A program made the translations under genes and the position numbers. From positions 62,001 to 126,000 of the forward strand of contig JALMLS010000541.1 in NCBI GenBank assembly GCA_038496445.1: 64,000 bases of DNA, read 5' to 3'. Below are positions 60,943-64,000 of this stretch, piece after piece; within the stretch, counting starts at the first letter, position 1, and each line of letters begins with the position of its first letter. This DNA is from Trichosphaerium sp. ATCC 40318 (taxonomy: Eukaryota; Protista; Tubulinea). The notes below the pieces were generated by a model. It had not been told where the DNA came from, ran no database searches, and was given only the letters and a program-made list of their open reading frames with translations.

Positions 60943-63732
60943 CTAGCTTGGCTGCCGAGGCTCTACCTTCAGCGAGTAATTATAGCATACTTTCTCGTCC
61001 TTGGTTTGCTTACACAAATGCTCAACATACTTTTGAATCTCTACAATAAAGTAGTCAAAAAACTAGGAAACCTCAAAGGAGTCTTCCATAAAATATTTGA
61101 AAACGTGACTAATCAGTTGATCTTAAGCGAATAAAATACGTACCTGGTACAGGTCTTAAACCGTATCGATCTTGTTGATAAAACTTAATCTCATTAATGA
61201 CCTCAGCCATCATCTTCATACGTTGGTAATTAATAATTTTTTCGTCCTCAACTGGATCCAAATACTCCGAATTACCGTCTTCAATAAACGTCAAATCTGC
61301 CAAATAAACACCTAAGGTCCCATCAATGAGAATAGATACTTTACAGCCGTTATTAGAACGTAATAAGTACATACCAACCCAAGGTACAGAAGGAGGATCT
61401 TCAGCCTTTAGGATACCTCTAAAAGCGCGATAACTTCCTTCAGAACTCATTAACTGTTGCATATTCTCCAAAAGGCTTTGATGGTTAGATGCAACACCTT
61501 CCCTATTAAAACAGTAAGGCAAAAATAAAACAATCAATAAAAAAATCATTACCAAGTTTTCTTCAGCCGAGACACAGCTGCATTTGATAAAGCGGCCAGA
61601 ATAGCCATAAGAGAATGAAAATCATGCAACTCTCGTAATTTCTAAAGGAAGATTAAGAAGAAAAAACAAATGCAAGAAAAGCAAAACAAAATCCTGACAC
61701 CGTCTTGATGTCTCGTACCTGCGCTAATTTAATAAATTTAACTAAGAGTAACTTGCGTTTTCGCAAGTTATTTTCACTAACAATTACAGTACGAACCATT
61801 GCGCTTACCTAGAAGACAAGTATTAGAGAACAAAAGAACGAGCGAAAAAGCAACAAAAAAAAAAAAAGAAACAAGTGATGTGAGTTTTGTACCGTGTTGA
61901 ATCTGTCTATCATCTTCATTAAATTTGGCGCTTGTGGTTGTCTCTCGGCTTTACTCCAAGCTTGATTCATACACTCACGTGGTTTTATTTCTCTGTATAT
62001 AACTTGATCCATTAAAGCTAACTGACGTGCCAGTTCAAGAGTATCTATATCATTCAAATCCGTGATAGGTGAAGGAGGTAGACGAGATGCAGGAGGAGTC
62101 ATAAACACTTCACGAACTTTAACAGCTTCAGACATCTGCATATTAAGTAAGAAAAGGAAGGAGGCAAGTACAAAAAAATCTAGAACAGAACAAAAAATAA
62201 AAGGAAAAACGGAGAATTGTTTTAAAGTCTCGATAAGTACCTTGTTAGCAATGAGCTGTTGTAATGTCGAAGCCGCTAGTGGTAACGCAAGCGATAACGT
62301 AGAATTAATAAATTCCTTGACATTTTCTACACCGGAGGCATTGTCAGAAAAATCGTACCAATGCCTTTCCATCCAAATCTTTAAAAATTGAGAAAACCTC
62401 ATCTTCATCACTTCAACATCTTTTTCAGGGTACTTGTCAGCAGTAAGCTTAGCCCAAAGATCAACAAGCTTCTCAACAAGCTCTGGTGGATTACAATAAC
62501 TCCTGTACGTCAATAGGAATATACGTTGGAATAAAGGCTCATAATCATCTTTTCGGGTCAAACGAATAATAAGTCTATCAAGTGATGCTCCTTTGAGGCT
62601 ATTGTCCTTTTGATCAAAGATAACATACTTATCATTAAATTCTGGAATATGTGATAACGGTGTTTCCATGACCAGTGGTGGTTCACCAGTACCTCGCTCT
62701 AGAACCGTATTAATAAGCTGAGTGTCAAGAAATTCGAAGGCTTTTTTTTTAAGGGGACTAAGGGAGGCTCGGCAGTTGGCGTACTTTGCGGGCTATCACC
62801 CGCCGTTGCAGACGCCACTGGCCGTCTCCAAGACCCGGGCGCCGCTTGCGTGCCCTTTTGGGAGTCCTTCGTTCTATTTGCGATTGTACCAGGAGGCGAA
62901 GCTCTATTAGCGTATGCGTGCTCTTTTTTCTGTTAACAAGAAGTTAATTACAAACATTTAGGTTATTCACAACTTGCGCAACGGATTTTTTTTAAAATGC
63001 TTTGTTGCGGATTTAATAAATACTTCAACCTTCGTTCATAAAGTAGATTGTTTGATAAAGCAAGAAAAAAAAAGGCACGTGATTTGGCAACATTCAATCG
63101 AGACAAGTTTTTTTTTTTTGTTTTGGCTTTTTAGAAGATTGGTGTACTTGAAATATTGAAATATACTAGGCACGTACAGAATGTTTTGTGTGTCCTTTGT
63201 TATACGATTTTTTAATTTTTGTAAACTTTGCCTTGAGGTTTGTCTTTGAAGCGAATTTTTTACCCTTAACCAAGTCGTGGGGATGCTGGTGTTCCCTTAA
63301 TTGATCTAGTTCGCGGCGTTGTTGCTCAATAACTTCCTTGTGCTTTTTAAGTGTCTCCTTTAGCACAACAGCCTCGTCTTCTGCTGAATTAGAGTGTCCA
63401 GATGAATCGCCACTTTGAGAAGCAGGCCGAGCGCTTGCGTTTAGTTTTAACTGTGCAATTTCTTCATCTCTGGCGGCCAGAAGTTCCTAAACGCCAATTC
63501 GTTAAAACAATGGTTTAATAAAGCCCAAAACCCAGTGGAGCTATTACAAACCTTTAACGATGCTACCTCTTTCCTTAGCCCGTTTCGCTCTTTGATTACT
63601 TCCGTGAGGATTAACTAGCGCCAATGTTACAAAAAACTAGTTTCCGTGCGTATGGAACTAATTTTCAATATGTACCTTGGCTTTCTTGCGCAGTACGTCT
63701 ATTTTGCGCTCAAGCTCGGGGACTGTACTCAT
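60943..63732 (-). CDS. RasGEF (N-terminal coiled coil, REM and CDC25 domains), multi-exon
   Basis: REM: LKGASLDRLIIRLT...FLLTYRSYC. CDC25: ELARQLALMD, APNLMKMIDRFN, PPSVPWVGVYLADLTFIEDGN and INYQRM. Confidence 0.92.
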
Positions 63733-64000
63733 TGCGAATAAATGTTACAGCACAATAACGCCAAAATTACACTAACCAGAATAGCAGGTATTTGACAGTT
63801 TCTGGACAGTTTTTTGTGAAGTGTGTTGACGTCTGTTTTTTACGGGCAATGTAGTTACTGCGATTCTACACCGAAAACGTGCCATCACGATAACAGTATT
63901 TGACACGAAGTAATTTGTTGGCGTAACTGACATTGTTTGCCTTTTTCTATGCAACGCCCGGATATCACCTCTGGGTTAGCCGGAGGGAACTTAGAGACTA

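Noticed and set aside
62750-62910. GC-rich island inside the RasGEF gene as ncRNA or insertion
   Set aside because: It reads as a low-complexity coding exon on the minus strand (ASPPGTIANR...DSPQ) with a GTACGC donor that splices in frame to KRGTGEPPLVMETP.
1-64000. Alternative genetic code or stop read-through to explain the many short ORFs
   Set aside because: Conserved genes are restored by ordinary GT-AG splicing, and TAA, TAG and TGA all appear as terminal stops.

Overview
AT-rich (roughly 35-37% GC by eye), gene-dense eukaryotic DNA with many short GT-AG introns (about 40-130 nt), most consistent with a protist; the lineage cannot be determined from this window. The ORF track fragments most genes, so gene models were re-spliced by hand and boundaries are approximate. 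Conserved genes: bromodomain protein (partial), SLC35B-type transporter, GNAT, MTG1-like GTPase, ITPK1, tRNA-Lys(UUU), UBA6-type E1, signal peptide peptidase, DH-PH-C2 RhoGEF, FHA-OGFr-SAP protein, SAM-FNT channel and RasGEF. These are interleaved with a fast-evolving accessory set: four secreted tectonin-like genes in two inverted, duplicated head-to-head pairs, many F-box fusions (LRR, MORN-variant, catalytically dead 2OG-oxygenase, Ras-like), and several pseudogenes. The most notable find is a 1,709-bp element (22330-24038) with short GG-initiated terminal inverted repeats and a TTAA target-site duplication. It carries no recognisable transposase but encodes an intact, spliced I-PpoI-like His-Cys box endonuclease, plus internal terminus-like repeats and a long subterminal hairpin. 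The paralogous locus at 54867-54870 shows the empty single-TTAA site, which supports a true insertion.
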